Below the pieces are notes generated by a model, which was not told where the DNA came from, searched no databases, and was given only the letters and a program-made list of their open reading frames with translations. DNA of 64,000 bases from Lytechinus pictus (lineage: Eukaryota): assembly GCF_037042905.1 (NCBI RefSeq), contig NC_087252.1, forward strand, positions 27,096,001 through 27,160,000. The letters run 5' to 3'. The position numbers were made by a program, and so were the translations under genes. Shown here in pieces: positions 1-12,546 of the stretch (its first letter is position 1; each line of letters begins with the position of its first letter).

Positions 1-531
1 TTGAATTGTGTTTTTCATTTACATCCAAAAACAACAACAATGCGTCCACGAACGACTGGTATTTCACAGTTTGCCTAGTACATTGTGCAACATGCTATGA
101 TATGTATTCAAAGTAGGAATGCAACAAATACCTTCATAAAGTGTTCATTGGTGTGCTATTCTAGTCACCTGGTCTATTCAATTTCTTCATCCTGCTATGT
201 AAGGCATGCTTACGTAATATCTTGCTTTGAAATCTGCCTATCATAATGAAAGAAATGAAAGGTCATTTGACCAAAATTGTCCATGAAGTAACTACGAACT
301 GGTCTTTTGTCAAGGAAACAATGAATTCATGTAATTTACGTCATATCTAGAAAACATTTTGAACATTCATGCATTTTAGATGTTGACGTTGCTGGCCGTC
401 CATAGTTGAGATTGATCGGATCAATCGCAACTCTTTGTAAGACGGGCCCCTGGTCAACAGATTCTTTATTTTTAATTAGAGATAGTGAATGATGAGAAAT
501 AATGAATCTCGATCTGCTTTTATCCTTGAAG

Positions 532-647
532 ATCGTCGAGACCTGGATGAAGCCATAAAGGTTGAGGAGCTTCAGCAGCCGTTGGTCGACGCTTTGCAGA
601 CCTGTGTACAGATAAACCATCCAAAGAAGTTGGGACACTTTGCAAAG
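532..647 (+). CDS. Nuclear receptor (NR1-type) ligand-binding domain, penultimate coding exon; upstream exons lie outside the window
   Basis: Acceptor ttttatccttgaag and donor AAG|gttagg. Phase 1->0 translation (D)RRDLDEAIKVEELQQPLVDALQTCVQINHPKKLGHFAK matches the 'DR.xL...VE.LQ..L.AL......HP....F.K' helix 9-10 pattern of NR1 LBDs (RAR/LXR/VDR-like). Confidence 0.85.
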
Positions 648-683
648 GTTAGGCTCGCTGGGACATGATTCGGAACTTCTTTT

Positions 684-900
684 GGCATGTTCGGTTCAGT
701 TGGTAGAGTGTCCTTCTCACAACCGTAAATGTAGGTCGGGAGTTCAAACCCCTGCCACATCCAACCAAAAGTAAAACGATGGAAGTTGCTGCTACCCTGT
801 TTGGCGTTCAACATTTGAGGGATAGCACCACGTCGATCTGGCGCTGCACTGCAGCTGCTGTGTCCACAATCAAGTGGGCAAAGCAAATTTTTGGAGTATT
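684..900 (+). mobile_element. tRNA-derived SINE fragment in the receptor intron
   Basis: A-box-like CGGTTCAGTTGG and B-box-like GAGTTCAAACC at tRNA spacing, followed by a non-tRNA body. End boundary approximate. Confidence 0.55.
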
Positions 901-1333
901 TCATTTCATGTCTATTTCCAACAATAAAATATGGATTTTCATTTCAAATTTCGTACGCTTATTTGCATAATTAATCAATTTAAAAAAAGCAGTTAATTTT
1001 TTGAAGATTTTCTTGTACAGTCTTGTCGTTTACATCCGGCTCTACGCGCCTGCAAATTTTCGCAACGATCGCGCAATCAACGGCCGAGATCTGAGTGTGG
1101 TGTCAATTTGAACCCCCCCCCCCCTCCCCCGTATATGTCGGTCTGAAATAGCGCAGTTAAGATAGGGTTAAGTCCACAGATCTTGACAAATTTCTCAGGA
1201 TTAACATGAAGGAGTGACATCACAATCAGGGCTTCAAGTTATGTGCATGTATTATGAAATGTATAAATTGAGAGCTGTTACGGTGCAGTAGAGCTGTAAA
1301 GATTTGATAATTATTTTTTCATTATTCTGACAG

Positions 1334-1453
1334 ATCATCATGCTCCTTACAGAGGTACGTAATGCCACCGAAGCCTACATGGACGACCTGATGACCATCC
1401 AACTCAGCGGGAGCAGACTTAATCCCCTCCTTGAAGAACTCTTCAGTGACTAA
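1334..1453 (+). CDS. Nuclear receptor LBD terminal coding exon (helix 11-12/AF-2)
   Basis: Acceptor ttttttcattattctgacag. In frame with the previous exon: IIMLLTEVRNATEAYMDDLMTIQLSGSRLNPLLEELFSD*. 'LTEVR' and 'PLLEELF' are helix 10/11 and AF-2 signatures. Confidence 0.88.
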   Translation: MIMLLTEVRNATEAYMDDLMTIQLSGSRLNPLLEELFSD

Positions 1454-3436
1454 CTGGAGACTATCAGGTGAATCAAGACCTCATTCCACCCAATGGAAGA
1501 TGATATTTTGCCGGAATGGTCTTCTCTAAAGACATTCTGCCTCGGGGCAAACTGACCTAATCCCCTTCTTGAAGAACTTCTCAGCGACTAATAGGAAACT
1601 ATAAAATAAACTCCATTGAACCAATGGGAGATCCCAGGCCTGTGGATGATGTCTTGTACATTCCTCTTCAAATGGTATGCTACAAAGACTTTCCGATGCG
1701 GATGGATTGATTTCTAGTCCTTGCCATGAAGAGCTCTTCAGTGACTAACGGGAGGCAATCTGGAGCTCTGTCCAACCAATTATGAATGATGTTTGTTCAA
1801 ATGGTCTGCTCTGAAGACATTCTGACTCGGCAGGAGCAGGTTAAATCCTTGAAGATTTGAAATAGTTCACCTCAGGACGCTGTGGCGGTGTTGTAGCATC
1901 CTTGAAGCATACTTCAATGACACACTGGATCCCTCCACCCACAAAGTCAGATCCCTGTTGATGAAGCTTTGTTTGTTTGTGTTGAAATAGTCCTCATGGA
2001 CTATCCAGTGACGTTGGAGCATCCTTGAAGCGTTCTTCAATTATAAGTTGGATCCTGCCACCCACAAGGGGACTCATGAACTGCATTGAACAGATCCCTA
2101 ATGATGATGCTTTTTATGTTCTTGTTGAAATTGTCCATCTCGAGGACTATCTGGTACAGTTGGGGCATTCTTGAAAATGTCTTCAATGGCAATTGCCTAT
2201 TCCCCTCACTCTCTAGCTAAGTTGGAGCATACTTTCATCTTTTCCTGGAAGAAGTCCTCTGTGAGAGACTCAATCCTGCATTATCAATCTACAAAAAGTT
2301 TGTTGCCTTTGAGATGAGGTTAATCACTCCATTCCGTCTAAAAGCTGAGGTATCAAACTTGATGATACTTTAGGAAAAAATAAGGTATATCTGTCACTCA
2401 TCTGAAGCAAATTATTAATTTGTCAATAAAGTTGATTCATCCCTTTAAAGTGAAATGGGCGGCAACAAGGGAGTGAATTTTTGTTTGCTGATCCCAGACT
2501 TTGAGAAAAGCATTGGTGATGCCTGTGAACAGAGAAGTATTTGGGGGAAAGCAAACTTGGTGTGCCAGCGAGAATTTCTTCTGTCAAGCCTGCTTGGCCT
2601 CTGGCAACTGTCAGGCCAGGGAAAAGTGAGATAATGAATTTACCATAAGGCAATTCCCAGTGGCATTACAAAGCGTCTGCTGATCATCAAATTCATCCTA
2701 CTCTGGGTGATTTTATATCCAAATGACATAAAAAATTCTTTATAAAAACACACAATAATACACCTGTAATAGTCAATGAGACATTTTCCAAACCTAGAAA
2801 TGTTCTTTTCCAGGAAGTTTTTTTTTATTCATGTTCCTCCTTTTTGGATCTGACCTGGAGATGTCCTTATATTGCAAAAGTGAGAAAAGAAATGGATTCT
2901 ACACACCCTAAAAAGATGTATTCCTCATCATTCTGTGGCAGGTGGTTCAAAAGTTAGGTTTTCTAGATGGCATCTGGCGGCCATTTTGGATTTATGCAAA
3001 TTAGCAAAATTGCCCAAAGTTGAGGTTCGGGCAACCAAGCTGAGTTTGTTTGAGGACCCATAGGAACATGAATCAAGAATAAAAACTTTATCGGAAAGAA
3101 CTTTTCTAGGTTGGTGTACTACAACTATGGGACTGTCAAATCAACTATATTTGTAGTTGGGAAAATGAAAATTCAGGGAGGACCACACATTCATGATTTT
3201 CTTTACCTCGGCTGTTATACTTGTATATGTGACATACCTCAATAGAATATAAAATTACATTATTTTGTAAGTTTTCAAAGCCATTCAACATAGTGTGAAA
3301 TTTGATTACATTTTTATTCTTATATTGTTTATACCCTTGTGATAATATCTATCTGTTTTTATTGGCAATGGTAAAGATTGTTATTTATTCACGTTTTTCA
3401 TGTCTTTACTCCTTGAAAAGTTGATAGTTTCTGCTC

Positions 3437-3596
3437 GTTGGATCAGAGATCACCTTATCTAGCAGTGTTTAGTTCAGTTGGATCAGAGATCACCTTATCT
3501 AGCAGTGTTTAGTTCAGTTGGATCAGAGATCACCTTCTCTAGCAGTGTTTAGTTCAGTTGGATCAGAGATCACCTTATCTAGCAGTGTTTAGTTCA
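3437..3596. repeat. Minisatellite, 4 x 40 bp
   Basis: gttggatcagagatcaccttatctagcagtgtttagttca repeated four times with one mismatch. Confidence 0.95.
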
Positions 3597-4144
3597 GTGA
3601 AAGCCTTTTAGGTTCAACGGCATTGAACTTTCCCTGTGTGGCAGAGGCGAGGGATCCCGTACAAAGCCTACTTAGCTTGTTGTACGCGAGCAAATGGGAG
3701 GCTGAATGTCAAACATGCGTACCGTTGCACAAAAGACGTACCGTCAAAAATGTACCATTGCACGGCTTTAGGAGGTGACGTCACAATACGATTTAATTCA
3801 TTGCGCTCAGTAAAAATGAAGGTGCAATACGCGTATAAGCCTGCTGACTACTAAAAGCGCAATGCTGCCCAAGGTCATGTGCGCTTGTGGGATTTTGCTT
3901 TTCGCTTTCAGTATTTTTCCCCCGAATTTTTTCCTCCCTTTTCATAGATTACTACAGGGATAAACTCTTTGTTTTTTTCTTCATATTTTCGCTAAATTCC
4001 GAGGCGTTGTACAACACAAATAGCGAATATTCTTATTCGTGCAATGGTGCATGAGGAGAAGGATGGTGATTATGACAATGATGATGATGATGATCCACAC
4101 CATTTCTGTTGCACTATATTTCGTTCAAAACATTAACAAGCTTT

Positions 4145-4430
4145 GAGCGTTGTGGCCCAGTGGATTAGTCGTCTGACTTTGAAACAGGGTCGTGGGTTCG
4201 AATCCCAGCCATAGCGTTATTTCCTTCAGCAAGAAACTCATCCACATTGTGCTGCACTCTTTACCGGGTAAATGGGTACCCGGTAGGAAGAAATTCCTTG
4301 AATGCTTGAGCGCCTAGGCAGCTCAGCTAAAGCTGGGGTAATAATAATAGCAGGGCCCGCTGGTAGAACAGTTTTCGAAATTGAAGTGGCTACCCTGGGT
4401 AAATATACCTATATTATTATTATTATTATA
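4145..4430 (+). mobile_element. tRNA-derived SINE
   Basis: A box TGGCCCAGTGG, B box GGTTCGAATCC, body containing aaatgggtacc, (TAT)n tail. Confidence 0.85.
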
Positions 4431-5511
4431 ACAAGCACAGGCACATCCAATTAAGTTAATTACTACACATCTGCTGAAATGAGTTAGTTTTGAGACATGA
4501 TTTGAATATCTCAATGCTGTCAATTTCACGGGGCAAAGAGGGGAGGGAGTTCCAAAGGCATGGGACATTAGATGGAAAGACACGGTCTCCTTAGGTGTGC
4601 CATGGGTACATGAAGAGTGACACCAGTATCAGATGAGTGCAAATCCAGGATGTAGACAGCGTTGTTCTTCGACGGAGATCACATATCCTGGAGCTAAACG
4701 GTGCCTTGACAGCTTTGAAATTCAGGAGAAGGATTTGAATTTGATCCTGTACTTAATTACCTGTGCGTGTTGCTGGGCAAGACATCATTGTACATTTGCT
4801 TCTCCTTAACCAAGGTGTTAACTGAAAACCTGGTAGGATGCAAAGTTGTACATTAGTTTGAACTTTGTAGCTCTTGCTAGAATGCTCTTCACTGAGTGGA
4901 GGAAGTGCATAATTAGTTTTGGGCAAGCTGGCATTTGATGAAAAAAATCTTATTTGTAATGCATTTATTAAATTTTAATGTGCAACATACACCCTGTATG
5001 ATGCAGTGAATAAGCAGAGGTGTTATTATTCGGTCTTTAAAATTTTGACAATTCTAAACTGAAATACGACTAATTAAATGAGTACAATCCATCATTATCA
5101 CAATTGTAACATTTTATCATAGAATTATGGAGGAAATAAATTGAGAGGGGAAGTGCAAATTCAGAGTTTTTATTACCAGTTTGGTCAAACCAATGTTGTT
5201 TTTCATGTTGAATCTCTGAAATAAAATGAAATTGAATTATTTGTGTAGTTAGTGTATGGTTTGAAAATGGTAACTGGGGATTTATTAGGTTTTAATTATT
5301 GTTCATTCATCATTACAACAGGATTGTTACGTTTATGCTGCATGCACTCCTTGGAGTTGCTTTTATATAATATACATTATAATGAAGTGTAAATATTTCT
5401 TGCAGATTATTTTTGGTAAGTTTCCTATATGACTAACATGATTTAGCTAAATAAGGAAACTTGTGCTGATAGTTCCATGTGAAGAAAGTGATACAGGAAG
5501 TGAGATATTAA

Positions 5512-6105
5512 AGGGGAATCCAACCCAAATGAAAACGTGTTTTTATAAGGAAAAGAAAAATCAGACAAGTTGATAGGTGAAAGTTTGAACAATATTGGAC
5601 AAACAGCAAGAAAGTTATGAATTTTCAAAAGTTGTAAATATTGGTAATCACTATACCCATGGACACTTCAAATTGGTCGCATATGGGATGTCATAGTGAT
5701 GTAAGGCAAGGACTACTCTTCCATGTACTCCAATATATATTTTGGCTAAAATGTCATTTTTCCCAAAAGTTTTATTTCAAATTATAATTATCTTTCATGA
5801 GGACATAAAAAAATATACTACCTGGGTTATATTTAGATTACTGCCCCAGGGGAATGGGTATTTAGGAGAAAACCACAAATCCCTGATAATAAAGTACATG
5901 GCCTATGGGAAAGTTGTCCTTTCCCCTTGTCATAATTTACTTACCCAGTTGCCAATTTGAAATCTACATAGTATAAGTGATCTCAATTTTAAAGCAGCTA
6001 TTACTTTCTTATTGCTTGTCCGATTTCTTTCAAACTTTCACCATTCTGTTTAAATTATTTTTCTCCTTCCCAACACAACATTCTATGCCAAGGCTGGATT
6101 CCTCT
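5512..6105. mobile_element. Non-autonomous DNA transposon, TTAA-flanked (Kolobok-like)
   Basis: TTAA|AGGGGAATCCAACC ... GGCTGGATTCCTCT|TTAA, with additional subterminal inverted similarity. Confidence 0.75.
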
Positions 6106-6657
6106 TTAATTCTGTTTTGTTCAGGAGAGATATGCTCCTTCCCCATTTATTGCTTCACATGTGTTAAAGGGGATACTTCAGGTTGAGAATAATATGACTC
6201 ATGTAGTAAGAGAAAAATCAAACAAGCAATATACTGAAAAGTTCATTAAAAATAATGTAAAAACAAGAAGTTCTTGGAAATTACATCCCCATGTACCCTT
6301 CTAAAAATTATATTTTGAAACCTTGTGTTTTATATTTTTCATACACATGTATGAGATAAATAATTCCCTTGTTTTAAGTTTCCATAATTATAATCTTTCA
6401 CAGTGAAGCAGTAGTCAACCTATTTTGACAATCTTGGAACGGAGACTTATTCAAGTATCATATTTGATTTTTCTCTTAAAATTTTTGATAGGTGGACTTG
6501 ATCATTAACCCTAACTAGGCTGGAATATTTTTATTTGGCCCCATCCGGGATCTGGGCCTTTGCTGTTCCACAGAAGTTAATTAATTTCTTTTTTTTTTCT
6601 TATACATGTAGTAATTTCGCTGATGTGGTTTATGGTACACCATGTGAAGTGTTGTAG

Positions 6658-7060
6658 AAACAGTGGATAGGAGAAGAGAAGAAATGGATAAGCGAGAAAG
6701 TGGAGATTTGAGAGTAGAGTATTCTTTCTTGAAAGTAGTCCTGAAAAGGACTGTAAACCAGGAAAGATTGATGAGTTGAGAACAGCTTGAGTAGTAGAGC
6801 TAGTGAGGAGATGCTGGCTTGAGTCGGGGAGTAGAGATGAGACTCGCCGACTCAAGCCAGCATCTCCTTACTACTCATCATCTCTACTCGCCGACTCAAG
6901 CCAGCATCTCCTCACTAGCTCTACTACTCAAGCTGTTCTCAACTCATCAATCTTTCCTGGTTTACAGTCCTTTTCAGGACTACTTTCAAGAAAGAATACT
7001 CTACTCTCAAATCTCCACTTTCTCGCTTATCCATTTCTTCTCTTCTCCTATCCACTGTTT
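6658..7060. repeat. Long near-perfect inverted repeat (183-bp arms, 37-bp spacer)
   Basis: 6658-6840 is the reverse complement of 6878-7060; one mismatch seen. Confidence 0.95.
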
Positions 7061-8171
7061 AAACCACATCAGTGATTGTACATACCACCATGCAAACCTT
7101 CAAACAACATCTGATGTAGTAATTTGGCCTGAAGTGACAACCAGGATCAATAACAAATAATACTCTAGCTGTAACATCTCAATGTTTGTAAAATGCTGCA
7201 AAATTTAATTACACATGCTATGCTATTTTTGCTATTGAGGTTTCTATTTTTTAGTCAGCGAAAAGAACTGATTATATTCTGTATTTTATGTATTTTCATG
7301 TACTTATATGTATGAATTTTATACACCTGTGTGGGAAATTGTTTCTTTAGTGGATGTTATTCGGTGTCTAACACTAATTCCATGTCTTTTGCTGTATTAG
7401 TGTTTATATTTGTATTTGATATGTTCTTGTCTCTGAATTTGTTATGTCTCAGTATTTTTATGCAGTCCTTTGCCAGAATACATCATGTAAAATGTACAGT
7501 GTATGTGGGAAATTATTGTGTTGGAAATGATTTTATCAATGATGTTTTTCAAGACCAACAACTCAGTATCCAAGTGTATGTTTGCTCAATGTGTCTATTT
7601 TCATGCTTATGAATTAGATTGTATTTTCTCAGCAATTTGAGTTATGATAATTCAAGCACAGTTAAAATTCAGTATTGACTGTGCTACTCTGTTATGCGTA
7701 AGAAATTCAATATGGCGGATTCTGATGAGATCCACAGTGCATTTTCTCTTGACTTTGTTACCATTTATTAATGATTTTATGTGAAGAATGATGTAATTTG
7801 TTTCATCATTGTTGGTCAGTATTTTTTATATACTCTGTTCCAGACTGTAATGTCTTTAAAATAGGTAAGATGAATGAAAACTTGTGTTACTTCATTGGTC
7901 TCTGGTAGTTCACATTGCAACGTCTACATTACTGTACATTTTGGGGGTCAAACATTCTTGTACGTAGCACTGATGATAATTTCATGAAGGTAAGATCTAT
8001 GTGATATATGGACGCAGAAGCCTATGTAGTATGCCTAGCAAATGAGTTAATAAACTCTGGTTGGATTGCTTCCCACTCAGTGAGTGGAGAATGTGCATAC
8101 ATTATGTGCAGACAAGCCAGGATTTAACAGCCAGGGTAGGGTATATATATATATATATGTATATATATATT

Positions 8172-8505
8172 ATATGTGAGAAATTATACATCTACAACAG
8201 CTTTGGCAACTCTTGTATTTAAATATGTTGTGAAAGAAATGAATGAAGAGAACAAAGGTAGGCGTAGCTTAAATCAAGGTTCTACAGAGCTATTTGCCCT
8301 TTGGAAAAGTTGGTGATGCCGAAAAAATGTCTCTGCCGGGAATTGAACCGGTTCCTCCAGTTTTGAACGCAGGTGCTTTAACCACTAGACCACAGAGTGG
8401 CTAGGGCGACCCCAATATGATTGACCGTCAGATAAACAGATTTTCCTCACCTCCAATTGAATTTCCATTGTCGGGTGTAGGTAAGTTTTGAACAATGACA
8501 AGCCG
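8172..8505 (-). mobile_element. (TA)n-embedded repeat with an internal tRNA-like segment (8328-8400); truncated second copy at ~9811-9965
   Basis: Minus strand TGGTCTAGTGG (A box) and GGTTCAATTCC (B box). About 150 bp is shared with 9811-9965; both copies are flanked by (TA)n. Confidence 0.7.
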
Positions 8506-10475
8506 ATATATATATATATATATATATATGTGTAAAAAGCTTTGATAGAGACGTTCTGATTTAGTGCTTTCTAAAAGCGGAAATATGCATATTTAAAAAA
8601 AATTTATCATATTCATGTCATTGATGGTGATCAGATGATGATGCACGCAAACACGGTCTTGAAACGAATCACCATCAAGAATTTTTGCCAATGATTTTAT
8701 TCTTTAAAGATGGTAATTTGATGCATAATGATGTATTCATGTGTAAGGTTTCATGTTTGTCAGGGATTGTTTATGTGTACAGGGGTGTGTACCCTGATAT
8801 CCACATTCAAGGCATTAAAGACATTAGCATGATATTCTGCGATCAGTTTGATTTAAACTCTGGTCTGAAGTTGCGGTTGAACTATGGATAAGCTTTTTGT
8901 AAAAGAGTCTTTATGTAACCACACAAGTCCAGTTTATCGGCTCATTTGACACGCTGCTCGAATCATTCAGAACCAACTGAGAATAATTACCGAAATAGAT
9001 CTCATCGTTAACCCAGGAAAGTGCCAAGTAAAGATAGGATACATAAGATGCAAATGTAATTTGGGGACTTCTGGCTTGCCATGATTAATAGTTAGACCAT
9101 GATGGTGGCCCTGGTACCAGCAGACCTCAGAATTCGGGCCATTGAGTTACTTTCATGCACGCTTGTATGCATGCACATGGAATTGCCAAAGGTGATGTGA
9201 AAGTTGTAGTAATGAAGTATGCAATGCAACATAATACAAAGGACAGATGTAGTTTTAACCTGAAAGAATTATATTTTAGCATTATCAATGAAAGATAGAG
9301 GAAATGAAATAAAGATAATCACTGATGGGATGAGAGGAAATTAAGACAGGCAAAGCTAACAATTTGACAAAACTCGAGTTAAGAATGGCATATTCCATTT
9401 TCTTTCTTTTTTAAAACATTTGCTCTATTTTCAAAGACAATATAAATCATGGATTTAATGGAGACTCGATCAGTCAAAATTTGTCTATTTCTAGTTCACT
9501 GCTCATTTGAGTTTTTCTAAGTTAACCTGAAATACTTGATTTTTTCATCATGTCATATAGCAAATATAAATATTTATGTAATGTTGCATTTGGGTTTGAT
9601 GAGCAGGGGAATATGTATATTATTGACTGAAGCTGTGTAATAGAAAAATGACTAATTTCGTGAAAGAGGGGTGTATGAATGTTATGACTACTAGTCACCT
9701 ATCTTGCATCGAGGTAATCAATTAGACAGACAAAATAGGCATTTACAGTATATCTTGTCTCTGAAATGTCTCATTCAGGTAATATATATATATATATATA
9801 TATATATTTATGTGTGTGAAGTTATACATGTACATCAGCTTTGGCAACTCTTTTTATTTTAAATATTGTTAAGAAACGAATGAAGAGAACAATGGTAGGC
9901 ATAGCTTAAATCAAGGTTCCCCAGAGCTATCTACCCTTTGGAAAAATTGGTGATGCCGAAAAAGAAAATATATATATAATATATATATATGATATGTATA
10001 ATATCTGCCTCTGTGCTTTAGTGTAATTGTATACATAACGTATATCTCTGTGTTGATCGGGTTATATTTGTGGGTATTTTTATTTGTGAGTGTATATTTT
10101 GTACATAGAGGTGGATTGGTCTTGTCTTGTGTTCACACTGTGCAAGATTATGAGGTGGGGATGCCTGATAAGTCTGCATGTAGTATATTACAGGAGGGCT
10201 GTATTCAGCAGGCACAACGGCATGAAAATGAATCCGGTATTGCTTTCCGTGTTGAAAGTATCAAAATGTTGTTGGTCTTCGATCTTCTGTATGGATATTC
10301 ACACCTTACCGATCGGGAAACCCACAGGGCTAGTTCATGCCTCAAATTAGCTGATGGTTATTCCAAGCATCACCACGTGTACGAAAGGAAGCAGGTGCAC
10401 CAAATACAGCAAAATGGAGGGAGAACTGTTTATTTGAGTGTATTGTATCACTGATGACCCCCCTCCCAATTTTAA

Positions 10476-10906
10476 AGCCCCCATCACACTTATTCGGAAT
10501 CAGCAGGAATCAAGCGGAAGCTGAAAAGAAAAAAATATTCAAAAAATCTAGAAATTTTCGGGAGGAACTTCTGAATTCACCAAACTAGAGTTGAAATTCA
10601 GTAAATTGACCAGGTGTATCATCATACACTAGTCAAAATGAACCGCAATGGAGTCAGATTGATAATTCGTGCTACGTTCTTGGACATTCTAGGGGCATTC
10701 TAAATATCCTGACTGCATTCTGAGTGCATTCGAAATATTTTTGTCATTTCTTTTGGCCGTCCCGAAGGTTTTGGTCATGTTCAAAACATTCAAGGGATAT
10801 TTTCGAACGGTGTTCGAAGTAGATTTAAATGACCAACTTGTGGTCAAATAATAGTCCTTTCATTCAGGCCAATTCTGCTTGATTCGGAATAAGTGTGATG
10901 GGGGCT
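10476..10906. mobile_element. MITE, PIF/Harbinger-like
   Basis: TAA|AGCCCCCATCACACTTATTC ... GAATAAGTGTGATGGGGGCT|TAA; 3-bp TAA TSD. Confidence 0.85.
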
Positions 10907-12546
10907 TAACATAGAACCCAGTCAGAGGCTTCAGCCACCTTTGCCGGTTGATTCTGATGCTGTTAGGCAAAATGTAAGCAATATGTTTCATGTGGCAAGA
11001 CTAAAAAAGTGCTTTATAAGTGCTTTGCTTTCTCAGTAACTGGGCCAAAATATAACCATGAGAAGATGGAATTAGCACATTTTGCATATTCTGAAAAAAT
11101 TAAAAACACGCTTTGACCTGCGGTTGATTGCTTGACTGATGGATGATCGACTAAAGCCTTCTGTGAGTCAAAATTGTAGTGCATACGGTTTTAATACTTT
11201 GTACATGTATGTATCGGTTTTGTTTTGTTGTGTATTATGGGAAAAAGTGGTTGTATTGAAATTTGTCATTGCCCCGTTCCTCGTATTAATGCCTTACTCG
11301 TTTATGTTATTTTTTGGATTGCATTGTAGAAGCCAATCAAGTGCTGCCTATTGTTGCCTTTAATACATGTTAGTGATTTCATATGTGGATAATTGTACAG
11401 TGCAGATAAACATGCACGCACGCGCACACCCACACATGCACATTATAAAAACAACTATTTTTTAATTCATTTTTTCCCCATCTCAACATTTGTCAATGCT
11501 TGACATTATGTCGGTTGGGTATATAGGATCATCCCTTGTACTGTCTTATTAAATCAAATAGCAATGAAAACAGGATTAATTTTCATCTTAAATGTATTCA
11601 CGTTTATGACCATGTTTGGCTTGGTAGTATATATCCTTTCTTCTGCCATCTGCCAAGACCTTTGGGATACTATCCCTCTGCCTAATTCTTCATTTTGCCA
11701 GTTTTAAATAACTAATTAGAGCATATGATATAATTGTGATATTAACATTTTTTCCTATAACATTTTTTTAATGACAAGTGGTTCCACCAGCTTTATTCGA
11801 AGCAAAGGGGCGGATTGGTTAAAACAAATTTGGGGGTTTGGATGGGTATGAGGGGGATTTGCCCCCCTCAGCCCATGTGCCACCACTTAGAAGGTATGCT
11901 CTCCTGGGTTCAAGAGGGTGCTCAGATACCATGTTCCGAATGCCTGAAATCTGACAATTCTCAGTTATCATATGCTTCGTCTGCTGTTTGAAGATCATGG
12001 GAGGTTGGCTCCACCGCCTCCTTTTTCTGTGTGAAATGATGTCAAAAGATAATTGGGCCAGCACGTGTGCACGTGTGTATGTGCTATGTAATTGGCTAAT
12101 GAGAGACGGCTGCATGCAAATTACATTGCTAATCGTCGTAATGAAGATGGGGCAAGTCGAGCTTGCCACAAAACCCTCCGAATAGCACTGCCTTGAATCC
12201 TAAGAGTGTCTAACTTTAAATAGCACAATGAAATAAAACATTTTATAGTGTTTATGAATTATAAAATTGCCATTTTTATGTGATGTGATCTATACAGATT
12301 ACACACAAGCACAAAACAAGCCATGAATGAGAAACTATACTCAGTACTTTTTTAATTTGATTTCCTAGTAAAATAAACCAGCAGCTTTTTATATTTTTTA
12401 AATTCTGAACGAAGTCAGGAAACCTGTTTTTATTGATTTAACTTTATATACTGATTGTACTAGTCTATGCCAATGTACAACAGTTAATATTTAGTTCTTT
12501 GAGACAACTTTTATAATTTTAAAGGGTGTTTTTTGTTATGATATAT

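Noticed and set aside
532..1453. Specific gene name (RAR, LXR/FXR, VDR, THR) for the receptor
   Set aside because: Only ~78 aa of the LBD C-terminus is visible; the orthologue cannot be fixed without the DNA-binding domain and a phylogeny.
3437..3596. Regular 40-bp repeats resembling a CRISPR array
   Set aside because: Units are contiguous with no unique spacers, there are no cas genes, and the context is eukaryotic.
4145..4215. Functional tRNA gene
   Set aside because: Poor stem pairing, and it continues into a SINE body with a (TAT)n tail.
6577..7160. Matching ORFs on both strands suggesting duplicated genes
   Set aside because: A direct consequence of the palindrome; no recognisable protein.
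10050..10454. 134-aa ORF with hydrophobic N-terminus
   Set aside because: Non-ATG start, no motif, no convincing splice context.
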